A DNA stretch of 15,045 nt from Elusimicrobiota bacterium (GCA_027340875.1 DAIENX010000046.1:1-15045); one strand, 5' to 3'; counted from the first letter of the stretch, positions 5,401 through 14,837 are shown. The notes: generated from the sequence alone by a model not told the origin. Program-made: numbers and translations.

Positions 5401-6432
5401 CTACTTTTTGGCGCCGCCCAGGCCGGCGAGGTAGGCCTCCACCAGCCGCACCGTGGCGTTAAGGCCTTTTATGTGCGTGCGCTCCACTCCGTGCGAGGCC
5501 GAGACTCCGGGACCTATGACGGCCACGCGCACGTCGTAGCCGGCCCCGATGGCCGCGTGCGCGTCGGAGCCGTAATACGGGAAGATGTCCACCACGTGGG
5601 CGATCTTCTTCCTCTTCGCCAGGTTCACCAGCCGCTGGCGCAGCTCGTAGTCGTGCGGGCCGGTGGAATCCTTGGCGCAGATGGAGACCGCGGTCTCGTC
5701 CCCGTTCACCTCCCGCCCCACCACGCCCATGTCCACGGCCAGCATCTCCTTCACGCAGGCCGGTATGCCGGAACTGGCGCCGTGCCCGACCTCCTCGTAA
5801 TTGGAGAAAAAGAAGGCCGCGGGGACCTTCTTCAGGCGCGGCGCCGCCTTCAGGATGACCTCCGCCAGCACCGCGCAGCCGGCCTTGTCGTCCAGGAAGC
5901 GGGAGCGGATGAAGCCGGTGCCGGTGGCCTCGAAGCGCGGGTCGAAGAATACGTAATCCCCCGCGCCTATCCCCAGCTTCTTCACTGCCGCCGCCGTCTT
6001 CACCTCGGCGTCCAGCCTGATATGCATGTTGTCCGCGGAGCGTTCGGTCTTGCCGATGTTCCTGTTGACGTGGGCCGCCGGGTTGTCGCAGAGGAGCGTC
6101 CCGCGCCACTGCTTACCGGAGGAGCTGCGCACCGTCACGTATTCCCCCTCGAAAGAGTTCCACGGCCAGCCGCCTATCTGCGTGACGCGCAGCGTGCCGT
6201 CCCCCTCGATGCGCGTCACCATGGCCCCGAGCGTGTCCACGTGCGCCGCGCAAACGGCCAAGGGCTCCGGGTGCTCGCAGACGAGCAGCGCGCCCTTGTT
6301 GGTGATCTTCGGGGACAGGCCGGCGGCGCGGAATACCTCCGCCAGGAAATCTATCGCCTCGCGCGTATAGCCGCTGGGCGAGTTTATCGCCTCAAGCCCG
6401 CGCAGTATTTCCACTATTCCGGGTTCTTTCAT
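5401..6432 (-). CDS. M42 family metallo-aminopeptidase (343 aa)
   Basis: SPSGYT, AHVDTLG, RFLDDKAG, YEEVGHG, VDMG and SHGVER metal-ligand motifs. Strong SD AGGAGG upstream (about 6438-6443). Confidence 0.9.
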   Translation of the reverse strand: MKEPGIVEILRGLEAINSPSGYTREAIDFLAEVFRAAGLSPKITNKGALLVCEHPEPLAVCAAHVDTLGAMVTRIEGDGTLRVTQIGGWPWNSFEGEYVTVRSSSGKQWRGTLLCDNPAAHVNRNIGKTERSADNMHIRLDAEVKTAAAVKKLGIGAGDYVFFDPRFEATGTGFIRSRFLDDKAGCAVLAEVILKAAPRLKKVPAAFFFSNYEEVGHGASSGIPACVKEMLAVDMGVVGREVNGDETAVSICAKDSTGPHDYELRQRLVNLAKRKKIAHVVDIFPYYGSDAHAAIGAGYDVRVAVIGPGVSASHGVERTHIKGLNATVRLVEAYLAGLGGAKK

Positions 6433-6473
6433 GCCAACCTCCTGTCCCAGTTAAAGGGCCTAGGATAATATAC

Positions 6474-6516
6474 AAAAATGCGCGGCCCGGGCGGGGTTTC
6501 CGCCCGAAGCCGCGCA
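6474..6516 (-). terminator. Rho-independent terminator ending the TetR-efflux-DUF1858 operon
   Basis: Minus strand TGCGCGGC-TT-CGGGCGG-aaacc-CCGCCCG-G-GCCGCGCA followed by TTTTT. Confidence 0.75.
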
Positions 6517-6531
6517 GAAGAAGGGTCCCGG

Positions 6532-6762
6532 CTAGCTCTTTACGGTGAAACCCTTGGTCTTAAGGACCGCCGCGACCTCCTCCAGGTCTATGCCCAGGCG
6601 CCCGCAGCCGGCGCGCACGGTCATCTGCTTGCCGTGGGACTCCCTCATCACGGGGTTCTTCACCCCCATGAAGCCCAGCGCGAAGAGTATGTCTATCAGC
6701 TCCGGGTAGTCCGTCGTCAGGTCGTACAGCGTCCTGTCCAGGTCCACGATCTTTGCGGCCAT
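6532..6762 (-). CDS. DUF1858 domain small protein (76 aa)
   Basis: Pattern DLDRTLYDL...YPELIDIL..LGF....NP.MR...GK.MT...G....GID. It lies 1 bp downstream of the DUF438 gene, the usual pairing. Confidence 0.75.
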   Translation of the reverse strand: MAAKIVDLDRTLYDLTTDYPELIDILFALGFMGVKNPVMRESHGKQMTVRAGCGRLGIDLEEVAAVLKTKGFTVKS

Positions 6763-6763
6763 A

Positions 6764-7921
6764 TCAGTCCACCAGCCTTTTTTCGCCTTTTATCTTCTGC
6801 AGCTCCGTTATATCCTGCGTCACTTCCAGGGAACCCAGGTATTTCCCTCCTTCGCCGCGCAGCGCGAAGTAGCGTATGTGTATCACCCTGCCCTTCATGT
6901 TTATCCAGAACTCCTCGAAGTTCTTCGTGCCGGTCCGGAAGCCGTTAAGTATCTTCTCGACGGCGGCCAGGCTCTTCGGCGGGTGGCAGTTCTGCACCTT
7001 TCGCCCTATCACCGACCGGGCCCGCAGGAAGATCCTGTCAGAGCCCTCGGAGAAATACCGCACGGTGTCGTCCGCGTCCACGAAGGTAAGGTCCACCGGC
7101 AGCGTGTTGAGCAGGGAGGTCAGCTCCCCCAGGGACAGGCTGCCGCTCGGCAGGCTTACCGCGGCCCCCGCGATAGAGGCGGTATTCTGGGCTATGTCCA
7201 GCGCCTCCATCGTTCCCGCCGGCGGCGGGATGAAGACGTAGCCGGTCTGCGCGCTCTCGCGGAAGATCTCGGCCCAGTCGGAGGCCTTCAGCTTCTCGAG
7301 GGAGGTCGGGAAAAGGATGTTCTCCTCCTTGAAGATCATCGCGTCTATCTCCTCCAGCAGCGCCAGCGCCGCGGCCGGGAAGTCCGCCGGGGAGGCCGAG
7401 GACGCTTTTTTGAACATCTCCCGGACCTCGTCGTGCTTGCCCCACATCACCTTGGAGGGCCCGTAGAAGCCGGCCTTCTCCAGGTACGGGAACAACAGGT
7501 GCTCCTTGCGCTCGTAATGTTTAATGACCGCCCGCAGTTCTTCCACTACGCTCCTCAGGCCGGCCGTGTCCCCGCCCGCCTTAATGCCGGGAAGCAGCGC
7601 CTTGCCCGCCTCGACGCGCTTCCTGATCTCGGCGTTCTCCGCCTTGAACAGCGCCACCGGGTGGGCCGGCGACTCCGGGTCGGCCATGTTCTTCTCCAGC
7701 GCCCCGTCGAACAGCAGCGCGTGCACGTTGCAGAAGCGCTTTATCTCGTCCGGAGTGACGCCGTCGGCCAGCAGCGACTGTTCCAGGTCGAAGATCTCCT
7801 GCGACGTGACGGGGCCTATCTCCGCCTCGAAGCGGTTCTTCGCCTCCGCGAGCGGCAGCCCCTTGTGCAGCTCGCCCAGTATCTCCTTCAGCGCCCTTTT
7901 TCTGTCAGGTCGTCCGCCCAT
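6764..7921 (-). CDS. DUF438 + hemerythrin-like + PAS (PAS_10) domain protein (385 aa)
   Basis: N-terminal LHKG...EI..LEQ.L...G....EI.RFCNVHA (DUF438). Central HPV..F..EN, HY.RKE.LLFP, MWGKHD and MIFKEENILFP (hemerythrin-like). C-terminal LPVDLTFVD..D.VRYF...RIF.R...IGRKVQNCHPP (PAS_10). Confidence 0.85.
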   Translation of the reverse strand: MGGRPDRKRALKEILGELHKGLPLAEAKNRFEAEIGPVTSQEIFDLEQSLLADGVTPDEIKRFCNVHALLFDGALEKNMADPESPAHPVALFKAENAEIRKRVEAGKALLPGIKAGGDTAGLRSVVEELRAVIKHYERKEHLLFPYLEKAGFYGPSKVMWGKHDEVREMFKKASSASPADFPAAALALLEEIDAMIFKEENILFPTSLEKLKASDWAEIFRESAQTGYVFIPPPAGTMEALDIAQNTASIAGAAVSLPSGSLSLGELTSLLNTLPVDLTFVDADDTVRYFSEGSDRIFLRARSVIGRKVQNCHPPKSLAAVEKILNGFRTGTKNFEEFWINMKGRVIHIRYFALRGEGGKYLGSLEVTQDITELQKIKGEKRLVD

Positions 7922-7930
7922 AGGTCCTCC

Positions 7931-8269
7931 TTACGCCTTTATCATTATCAGCGCCATCTTGAAGCGCTTGGCGGCCTTCAGCGCGTGCGGCCTGCGGGCC
8001 GGCATGATGATGAACTCGCCGGCCTTGACCCTGTGCGGCTTGCGGTCTATCAGTATCTCGGCCTCGCCGTCCAGAATCTCCACCATCGCGTCGAACGGAG
8101 CGGTATGCTCGGAAAGCCCCTGGCCCTTGTCGAAGGAGAAGATGGTCACTGTGCCCATCTGCTTCTGGATAATGGTCCGGCTCACCACCGCGTCCTTGTC
8201 GTAGGCGACCAGGTCCTTCGCCTTCAGGGTCCGGCCTGTCACGTCTTCCTTTTTTTCGATCCTTTTCAT
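7931..8269 (-). CDS. Cupin domain protein (112 aa)
   Basis: FSFDKGQGLSEHTAPFDA.V.ILDGEA...G....MPA..PHAL.A..FKM.L single cupin barrel. SD GGAGG at about 8274-8278. Confidence 0.85.
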   Translation of the reverse strand: MKRIEKKEDVTGRTLKAKDLVAYDKDAVVSRTIIQKQMGTVTIFSFDKGQGLSEHTAPFDAMVEILDGEAEILIDRKPHRVKAGEFIIMPARRPHALKAAKRFKMALIMIKA

Positions 8270-8277
8270 ACCGCCTC

Positions 8278-9381
8278 CTAGTTCAGCGTCTGTCTGAATC
8301 TGTTGTAGGCCAGCCCCGCGGCCGCGGCCGCCATCAGGGCCAGCGCCCCAATGTTCGCGAGGAACACGTGCATGTCCCCGCCTTTCAGCATGATATTGCG
8401 CAGCAGCCGCATGAAATACATCAGCGGGTCCAGGTAGGCCGCGGCTATTATGGCCGGCGGCATGTTCTCCACCGGGTACATGATGCCGCTCATCAGGATG
8501 GCCGGGAACAGGAACATGAAGCCGCCCAGCATCGACTGCTGCTGGCTGCGCGCTATCGAGGAGATGGAGGTACCTATGCTGACCGTGGTTATCACGAAGA
8601 CGAACGCCGCGGCGGCGAACTGCCAGAGCGGCCCGCGCACCGGCACGCCGAAGACCAGCCAGGCCGCCGTCATCACCAGCGCGGCCACGACGAGTCCGAG
8701 CAGGATGAACGGCAGCGTCTTGCCGATCAGGATCTCGGCGTTGGTCAACGGGGCCGAGACTATGGTCTCGAAGGTGCCCATCTCGCGCTCGCGCGTCAGC
8801 GACATGGCCGTCAGGATTATCGTTATCAGGCAGATGACCATGCTCATCACTCCGGGCACCAGGAACAGCGCGGACTCCATGGCCGGGTTGTAGAGCACGC
8901 GCACGTCGAAGGAAAGAGGAGACGGAGGCCCCGCCCCGTATTCCCGCCTGAGGAAAGCCGCCAGGATATTACGGGAATAAGCCTCTATCACCCTGCCCTT
9001 CGTGGCGTTCGAGGCGTCCACCAGCAGCTGCAGCTTTCCCGCCCCCCTGGCCGCGGCCCGGCCCAGCCCGTCCTTAGGCGTTATCAGCACCGCGTCGACC
9101 CGGCCGGAGGTTATCAGCTCGTAAGGGTCCTCCGAAGGCGAGAAGGAGGCCGGTTTGAACCAGCCGGAGGAGTAAAAGCCTTCCGCCAGCCTTTCGCAGG
9201 CGGCGTCGCCGGGCCGGCTGAAGACTGCCAGCTTTATGTTCTTTATCTCCGTGGAGAGAGCCAGGCCGAAGACGGTCATCTGTATGACCGGGGCGCCGAA
9301 CAGCAGCGCGCGCATGCGCACGTCGCGCAGCGTCTGCCGCAGCTCCTTCTTTATGAACGCCCTCAGCGTCGGGGTCATCAT
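8278..9381 (-). CDS. ABC-2 type permease, YbhR-like (367 aa)
   Basis: KKELRQTLRD, LYNP, FLVPG, REREMGTFE...P....EILIGKTLPF and SGIMYPVENMP motifs. Confidence 0.9.
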   Translation of the reverse strand: MMTPTLRAFIKKELRQTLRDVRMRALLFGAPVIQMTVFGLALSTEIKNIKLAVFSRPGDAACERLAEGFYSSGWFKPASFSPSEDPYELITSGRVDAVLITPKDGLGRAAARGAGKLQLLVDASNATKGRVIEAYSRNILAAFLRREYGAGPPSPLSFDVRVLYNPAMESALFLVPGVMSMVICLITIILTAMSLTREREMGTFETIVSAPLTNAEILIGKTLPFILLGLVVAALVMTAAWLVFGVPVRGPLWQFAAAAFVFVITTVSIGTSISSIARSQQQSMLGGFMFLFPAILMSGIMYPVENMPPAIIAAAYLDPLMYFMRLLRNIMLKGGDMHVFLANIGALALMAAAAAGLAYNRFRQTLN

Positions 9382-10487
9382 GGTTCCAGGTCCGTCTTGA
9401 ACTTTTCCAACGCCAGCGTCAGCAGCAGCAGGCTGAGAACGGTGAGCGCGAGGAAAGGCACGGCGAGCTCCCTAAGCCCGGCGCCTTTAAGATAGATCCC
9501 GCGCGCGGCCGCCATGAACCAGCGCGGCGGCAGTATCATAGTGAAATACCTGAAAAAGGCCGGCATGCTCTCCACGGGGAAGATAAAGCCGGACAGCAGC
9601 ATGCTGGGGAGCAGCCCCGTTATCATGGAGAACTGCATGGCCACCTGCTGCTGGCGGGTCGCCACCGAGATGAACAGTCCCTGCGACAGCGCGGCCACTA
9701 TGAACAGCACGCAGGCCAGCAGGAACAACAGATGGGAACCGGCGAACGGCACGCCGAACACCAGCCGCGAGGCGAGGTAGACGAAGAAGACGCCGATCAG
9801 CACCAACAGGCCGTACGGCGCCAGCTTCCCGATGATTATCTCCATAGGGCGCACCGGCGTGGAGAGCAGCAGTTCCATGGAGCCGTTCTCCCATTCCCTG
9901 GCCACCGTAAGCGCGGTGAGAAGGATGGCCAGCAGTCCTATGATTATAGCGGCCAGGCCCGGTATGGTGAACCAGCGGCTGTTGAGCTCGGGATTGTAGA
10001 GGAACCTGGTTTCGAGGCTCAAAGGCGCAGCGGGGCGCGCGCCGGCGAGGCGGGCGGAGGCGGCCGTCTGTATGCCGGGCAGGTAGCCCATCATCACCGC
10101 GGCTTTCGAGTTGTCGCTGCCGTCTATGACGAACTGCGCCCCGGCGGGCTTGCCGGAGCCGAGGTCCCTGGAGAAGCCCGGCTTGATGAAAAGCGCAGCG
10201 GCCGCTTCGCCGGAGTCCAGCATCTCCACGGGGTCCGCCGACGGCGTCAGCCGGAAATAGCCGGAGGCGGAGAAGATCTCCTGCAGGCGGCGCGCGGCCG
10301 GGCCGTTGTCCCGGTCGGAGACCGCGAGCGAGAGGTTCTTCACCTCGAAATCTATAGCGTAGCCGAAGAAAGTGACCAGCATCACCGGCAGCCCCAGCGC
10401 CAGGGCGAGAGTGAACGGGTCGCGCAGGACGTGCATGACCTCCTTGCGCGCGACCGACCAGGCCCTGTGGACGTTGAAAGCGCTCAT
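9378..10487 (-). CDS. ABC-2 type permease, YbhS-like (369 aa)
   Basis: RKEVMHVLRD, FGYAI, IDGSD, LYNPEL.SRWF.IPG, AREWENGSME.LL.TP and LSGFIFP..SMP motifs. Confidence 0.9.
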   Translation of the reverse strand: MSAFNVHRAWSVARKEVMHVLRDPFTLALALGLPVMLVTFFGYAIDFEVKNLSLAVSDRDNGPAARRLQEIFSASGYFRLTPSADPVEMLDSGEAAAALFIKPGFSRDLGSGKPAGAQFVIDGSDNSKAAVMMGYLPGIQTAASARLAGARPAAPLSLETRFLYNPELNSRWFTIPGLAAIIIGLLAILLTALTVAREWENGSMELLLSTPVRPMEIIIGKLAPYGLLVLIGVFFVYLASRLVFGVPFAGSHLLFLLACVLFIVAALSQGLFISVATRQQQVAMQFSMITGLLPSMLLSGFIFPVESMPAFFRYFTMILPPRWFMAAARGIYLKGAGLRELAVPFLALTVLSLLLLTLALEKFKTDLEP

Positions 10488-11407
10488 CGCTCCCTCCCCT
10501 CCACCAGCCGTATGAACACATCCTCGAGGGAAGGCTTTATCGCCCTGCGGGAAACGCCGGCGGGCAGGCCCGCCAGGGCCTCCTCCATTGAGACGGTATC
10601 AGCGAACGCGGCGTGCCAGCGCATGCCGTGCGGCGACAGCTCCAGCAGGCCGCGCGCGTCCTTCAGCCCGCGCAGGAAGCCTTCGGGGGCCGGCCCGTTG
10701 AAGTCCAGCTCCGCCATCGGCCCGGGGAACGCGGAAGCCTTGAGCTCGTCCGGCGAGCCCAGCGCTATCAGCCTGCCGGTGCGCATCAGGGCTATGCGGC
10801 CGCACTGCTCCGCCTCGTCCATGTAATGCGTGGTCACTATCACCGTCTTGCCGAGCGCGGTGACCTTGCGTATCAGCGCCCAGAACCTGGCGCGCGCGAC
10901 CGGGGCCACTCCGGAGGTCGGCTCGTCGAGAAACACTATCTCGGGGTCGTGCAGCATGGCCGCGGCCAGCGCCAGCTCCTGTTTTATGCCGCCGGGCAGC
11001 GAGCGGACCATGGTCGAGAGCGGCCTGTCGAAGCCCGTCAGCTCGAAGAGCTCTTTCCTGCGCTTGCGGGCGTAGGCGGTGTCCAGTTTCCGCAGGCCGG
11101 CAGCGAAGTCCAGGTTCTCCCCGACAGTGAGGTCGTTGTAGAGGGTGAACTTCTGGGACATGTAGCCCACGATGCCTTTTATCGCCCTGCCTCCGTCGGA
11201 AAAATCCAGGCCGCCCACAGTGGCCGCACCCGAGGTGGGGACCAGCAGGCCGCAGAGCATGCGTATCGTGGTGGTCTTGCCGGCTCCGTTGGCCCCGAGG
11301 AAGCCGAAGATCTCCCCCTTGTTGACGCAGAAGGAGACATGGTCCACGGCGGTGAAGTCGCCGAACTTTATGGAGAGGCCCTTTACCTCGAGGGCGCAGG
11401 AGCTCAT
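10484..11407 (-). CDS. ABC transporter ATP-binding protein (similar to the YbhF C-terminal half, 307 aa)
   Basis: FGDFTAVD, GEIFGFLGANGAGKTT, GYMSQKF, degenerate signature LPGG, FLDEPTSG and TTHYMDEAE. Start moved to ATG 11407 (ATGA overlap with the upstream stop, SD-like AGGGGG). Confidence 0.9.
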   Translation of the reverse strand: MSSCALEVKGLSIKFGDFTAVDHVSFCVNKGEIFGFLGANGAGKTTTIRMLCGLLVPTSGAATVGGLDFSDGGRAIKGIVGYMSQKFTLYNDLTVGENLDFAAGLRKLDTAYARKRRKELFELTGFDRPLSTMVRSLPGGIKQELALAAAMLHDPEIVFLDEPTSGVAPVARARFWALIRKVTALGKTVIVTTHYMDEAEQCGRIALMRTGRLIALGSPDELKASAFPGPMAELDFNGPAPEGFLRGLKDARGLLELSPHGMRWHAAFADTVSMEEALAGLPAGVSRRAIKPSLEDVFIRLVEGRER

Positions 11408-12123
11408 CTCGCCGCCCCCTTTATGAATATCTCCTCGAAGCTGGAGGCGCCGGCCTCCCTCAGCACGGTCCGGGGCTTGCCGGAAGCCAGCAGGCGGCCC
11501 GATTCCAGCAGGTGCACGCGGGAACAGCGCTCGGCCTCGTCCATGTACGCCGTGGAGACCACTATCAGTATCTTCCGCTCCGCCAGCCCGTAGAGCAGCT
11601 CCCAGAACTCGCGGCGGCTGATGGGGTCCACGCCGTTGGTGGGTTCGTCGAGCAGCAGCGCCGCCGGGGACTGCAGCAGCGCGCACATAAGCCCGAGCTT
11701 CTTGTACATGCCGCCGGAGAGCTGGCCGGCCCTGCGCTCCCTGAACTTGCCCAGCCTCGTTATCTCCAGCAATTCGGCGGAGCGCTTTTTGTACTCCTCA
11801 GGAGAGAGGCGGTAAAGCTCGCGGAAGAACTCCAGGTGTTCGCTGACCGAGAGGTCCGGGTAGAGGCTGGCCTGCTGCGGCATGTAGGCCAGTACCGGCC
11901 GCACCTCCCCCAGCGGCTTCTCCGTCCCGTCGAGGAAATAACGTATATGCCCGACTGACGGACGCAGCAGCCCGGCCAGCAGGCGCATCGTGGTGGTCTT
12001 GCCTGCCCCGTCCGAACCTATCAGGCCGTGCAGCAGGCCGGCGGAAAAGTCGAAGGAGACCCCGTCCAGCGCCCTGGCGCGGCCGAAGTATTTCTTCAGC
12101 CCTTCCGTACGTATCGAGTACAT
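11404..12123 (-). CDS. ABC transporter ATP-binding protein (similar to the YbhF N-terminal half, 239 aa)
   Basis: GLIGSDGAGKTT, YMPQ, LSGGM, LLDEPTNGVDP.SRREFW and STAYMDEAE. Confidence 0.9.
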   Translation of the reverse strand: MYSIRTEGLKKYFGRARALDGVSFDFSAGLLHGLIGSDGAGKTTTMRLLAGLLRPSVGHIRYFLDGTEKPLGEVRPVLAYMPQQASLYPDLSVSEHLEFFRELYRLSPEEYKKRSAELLEITRLGKFRERRAGQLSGGMYKKLGLMCALLQSPAALLLDEPTNGVDPISRREFWELLYGLAERKILIVVSTAYMDEAERCSRVHLLESGRLLASGKPRTVLREAGASSFEEIFIKGAAR

Positions 12124-12124
12124 G

Positions 12125-12847
12125 TCAGTCCGGCAGCTTTACCTCTAGGGTCATGCCCGGCTTCAGCGCGCCGTCGGGGTTCGGGAAGGAGACCTTCACC
12201 GCGAACACCAGGCGCGTGCGCTCTTTGCGCGTCTGCACGTTCTTCGGAGTGAACTCCGCCTCCGGGTAGATGACGGAGATCCTCCCTCTGTACTCCCTGT
12301 CCGCCGCCTCCGGCAGGTACCCGCTCACCTCCATGCCGGTGCTGATCCTGGCCAGCATGTCGTGCGGCACGTAGATGTATTCCCAGACCTCGGAGAGGTC
12401 GGCCACGGTTGCCAGCCTGGTGCCCGGCGCGACCAGCTCGCCCTTCTCGTGGTAGGAATAGAGCAGCCTGCCGTCCACCGGGGACTTGATAGCGCACCAG
12501 TCCACCTTCAGCGCGGAATCGTCGCGCCGGTACTTCAGGCGGTCGTAGCTTTCTTTCGAGGCTGATCCAGACTTGTATAGTTCCGCCGCCCTTTTGAAGT
12601 CGTCGTCCGCTATGCCGGCGGCCAGTCTCAGGTCGGCGCAGTCGAGAGCGGCTATGACCTGCCCCTTCTTCACGCTCTCGCCCTCTTTCGCGCCGTAGCG
12701 CTCTATGACACCGGGGATGCGGGCGGAGAGGTCCGTCTCCGTAGCCTCGATGGTGCCAGCGTAGCGGAAAGCCCCGTTGTTCCTCATCTTCAGCAGGACG
12801 AGGGAGCCGACCACCGCTATTATCAATACAGGTATTTTCTTCTTCAT
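12125..12847 (-). CDS. HlyD-family membrane fusion protein, YbhG-like (240 aa)
   Basis: N-terminal anchor, GTIEA, EGE.V.KGQ lipoyl-like half motif, I.SP.DG, and AEFTPKNVQT..ER..LVF.VK...LKPGM. Confidence 0.88.
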   Translation of the reverse strand: MKKKIPVLIIAVVGSLVLLKMRNNGAFRYAGTIEATETDLSARIPGVIERYGAKEGESVKKGQVIAALDCADLRLAAGIADDDFKRAAELYKSGSASKESYDRLKYRRDDSALKVDWCAIKSPVDGRLLYSYHEKGELVAPGTRLATVADLSEVWEYIYVPHDMLARISTGMEVSGYLPEAADREYRGRISVIYPEAEFTPKNVQTRKERTRLVFAVKVSFPNPDGALKPGMTLEVKLPD

Positions 12848-12849
12848 GT

Positions 12850-14196
12850 TCAGTTCACGCTCCCGGTAAGGCTGTCCAGCACCGCCAGTTTCAGAAGTAT
12901 CTCGGCGTTAGCGGACGCGGCGGTGGTCTTGGCCTGCAGCTCCTTCAAGTTGGCGCTCTCCACCTCCAGCCAGGTCAGGCTGCCGGCCTTGTACGCCTCG
13001 TAGGCCAGTTTCGCCGCGGCGGACGCATCGTCCACCGCGTCTATATTTATGGACTGCTCCTCCATCAACGCCGAATAATCGTCCAGCGCCGAGTAGTATT
13101 CGCGGGCCGCGGCGCGGGCGGCCTCGTCCCGGCGCTCCTCCGCGGCCTGCGCGTTCAGCAGGCTTTCCTTTTCCCGCTCCCCCAGCCGCCCCTTCTCGAA
13201 CAGCGGCATGCTCAGCGAAAGCCCCGCGTAGTTCTGCAGGAAGGAGTACAGGTTCGGCCCGTTCGGATAGTCTACCGAGCTGCGCGCGGTAAACGTTACG
13301 CGCGGCAGCTTCTCCGCCTTGTAGGCCCCGGCGGAAGCCCTGAACGCCCTGCCGTTCTCCTCCAGCGCCAGCACGGCCGGCTGGGAGGCGCCCAGCTCCC
13401 GCTCGGCCGCGGGCAGCAGGCGGGGCAGGATGTCCAGGTACGACTCCGCGCCCACCACCAGCCCGGCGAACGTATCGCCCGCGTAGTCGTGGCCGGCCAT
13501 CCTGGAATCTATCGGCAGCCCCGCTCCGGCCGGCGGCTCGATCCCGGTCACGAAAGAGAATTCCTTTATCACGTCGGCCAGCGCCGCGCGCGCGCGCAGC
13601 AGGTCCCTGCGGCGCTCGGTGACCTCCTGCCTGGCCCTGATGCCGTCCAGCCGGCTGCGGGTGCCGGCCTTCACGCCGGCCTCCACGTCGGAGAGCTGGC
13701 TCAGGGAGAGTTGCAGGTTCTCCGCTATGAGATAGACCTTCTCGAGCGCCAGCTGAAGCCGGAAATAGGCCGAGCGGGCCGACAGCAACGCCTGTCTGCG
13801 GGCCGCCTCCTCTTCCTCGGTGCGCGCCGCGGCCAGCCGGCCGGCGGCCTCGCGGCCGTAGCGCAGGGCCCCGGCGTCCAGCGTCCAGTAGGCGGTCGGG
13901 CCTAGGGAATAGCCCCAGTTGTCGCCCAGCGGCTTCGCCCCGCCCATTACCGCGGGCAGCGATATCTCCGGGATCACCGCCGTATATCTGAGAGCGCCTT
14001 CCAGGCTCAGGCGCGGGTAAAGAAGGCTGGAGGCGGCCGCCTGGGCGGCCCTGGCGGCCCCGGCGGAAAGCCTGGCCGCGCGGTACTGCCCGGAACGGGC
14101 CAGCGCGCCGTCCTCGGAGGCCTTCAGGGACACCCTGAACTCCACGGCGCCAGCGGGCACGGATAAAGTAAGGAATATAATAAGCAGCTTCTTCAC
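12850..14196 (-). CDS. TolC-family outer membrane efflux protein (448 aa)
   Basis: Signal peptide MKKLLIIFLTLSVPAGA from GTG 14196 (GTGA overlap with the tetR stop). YPRLSL, KLPRV, GLSLSMPLF and AYEAYKAG.....LEV repeats typical of the OEP fold. Confidence 0.82.
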   Translation of the reverse strand: MKKLLIIFLTLSVPAGAVEFRVSLKASEDGALARSGQYRAARLSAGAARAAQAAASSLLYPRLSLEGALRYTAVIPEISLPAVMGGAKPLGDNWGYSLGPTAYWTLDAGALRYGREAAGRLAAARTEEEEAARRQALLSARSAYFRLQLALEKVYLIAENLQLSLSQLSDVEAGVKAGTRSRLDGIRARQEVTERRRDLLRARAALADVIKEFSFVTGIEPPAGAGLPIDSRMAGHDYAGDTFAGLVVGAESYLDILPRLLPAAERELGASQPAVLALEENGRAFRASAGAYKAEKLPRVTFTARSSVDYPNGPNLYSFLQNYAGLSLSMPLFEKGRLGEREKESLLNAQAAEERRDEAARAAAREYYSALDDYSALMEEQSINIDAVDDASAAAKLAYEAYKAGSLTWLEVESANLKELQAKTTAASANAEILLKLAVLDSLTGSVN

Positions 14197-14822
14197 AGGC
14201 CCACCCCCCTGAGAGCTATTTCGGCCCGCTCGGCTATGCCTTCCTCGGAGAAGACCTCGTTCATCACGCTCTTCAGCGGCGTGCCGGAAAGCATTTTGAC
14301 CCCGTTGCGCTCCATGATGCCGCCTACGATCACCGGGAATACCATGACCGGCAGCAGCGCGGCCACCATGTAAGGCACGGAACGCCCCTTCAGGGCGCTG
14401 GCCTGACGGCATTCGGCGGCCAGCAGGGCCACCTGCATCACATGCTCGGTGAAGTTGCCGCTGAAGAAGTCGAAGGCCTCCTTCTTGCCCTGCGCCAGGT
14501 CCGAGAAGATCATCGGCGCCGCCTTGCGTATGCCTATAGCGAAGCGGGCCACTTCCACCAGCGCGTTCTTGAGCCTTTCCCGCGGCGTGCCGGCGGCGGA
14601 TACCCCCGCCTTGAAATGTAGCATAAATTCCGCGTACATTTCCTTCATCACGGCCTTCACGAACTCGTCCTTGGATCCGAAATAATAACGGAACATCGCG
14701 GGATTAACGCCGGCCAGGCGACAGGCCTCCCGCAGGCTGAAGCCGGTCAGCCCTTTTTCCTGTATCAGGCGCCTGCCGGCAGCCTTGAGCTTTACGTCCG
14801 TCCCTGACGGGGGTCTTGCCAT
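14193..14822 (-). CDS. TetR/AcrR family transcriptional regulator (CecR/YbiH-like context, 209 aa)
   Basis: N-terminal HTH KG.TGFSLRE.C..AGVN.AM..YYFGSKD. First gene of the efflux operon. SD AAGGAG. Confidence 0.9.
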   Translation of the reverse strand: MARPPSGTDVKLKAAGRRLIQEKGLTGFSLREACRLAGVNPAMFRYYFGSKDEFVKAVMKEMYAEFMLHFKAGVSAAGTPRERLKNALVEVARFAIGIRKAAPMIFSDLAQGKKEAFDFFSGNFTEHVMQVALLAAECRQASALKGRSVPYMVAALLPVMVFPVIVGGIMERNGVKMLSGTPLKSVMNEVFSEEGIAERAEIALRGVGL

Positions 14823-14837
14823 ACCTTCTCCTTATCG

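Noticed and set aside
11408..11686. Upstream extension of the 400-aa ATPase ORF
   Set aside because: It overlaps the preceding ATPase in another frame. The NBD begins right after ATG 11407, which has an ATGA coupling.
14197..14412. Upstream extension of the 520-aa TolC ORF
   Set aside because: It overlaps tetR. A clean signal peptide begins at GTG 14196.
63..14685. Numerous long alternative-frame and antisense ORFs (e.g. 63-821, 2146-2901, 3432-4172, 5473-6468, 6878-8281, 8368-9495, 9732-10826, 10613-11593)
   Set aside because: These are shadow ORFs expected in high-GC DNA. They are Arg/Pro/Gly/Ala-rich, have no recognisable motifs, and largely or wholly overlap well-supported genes.
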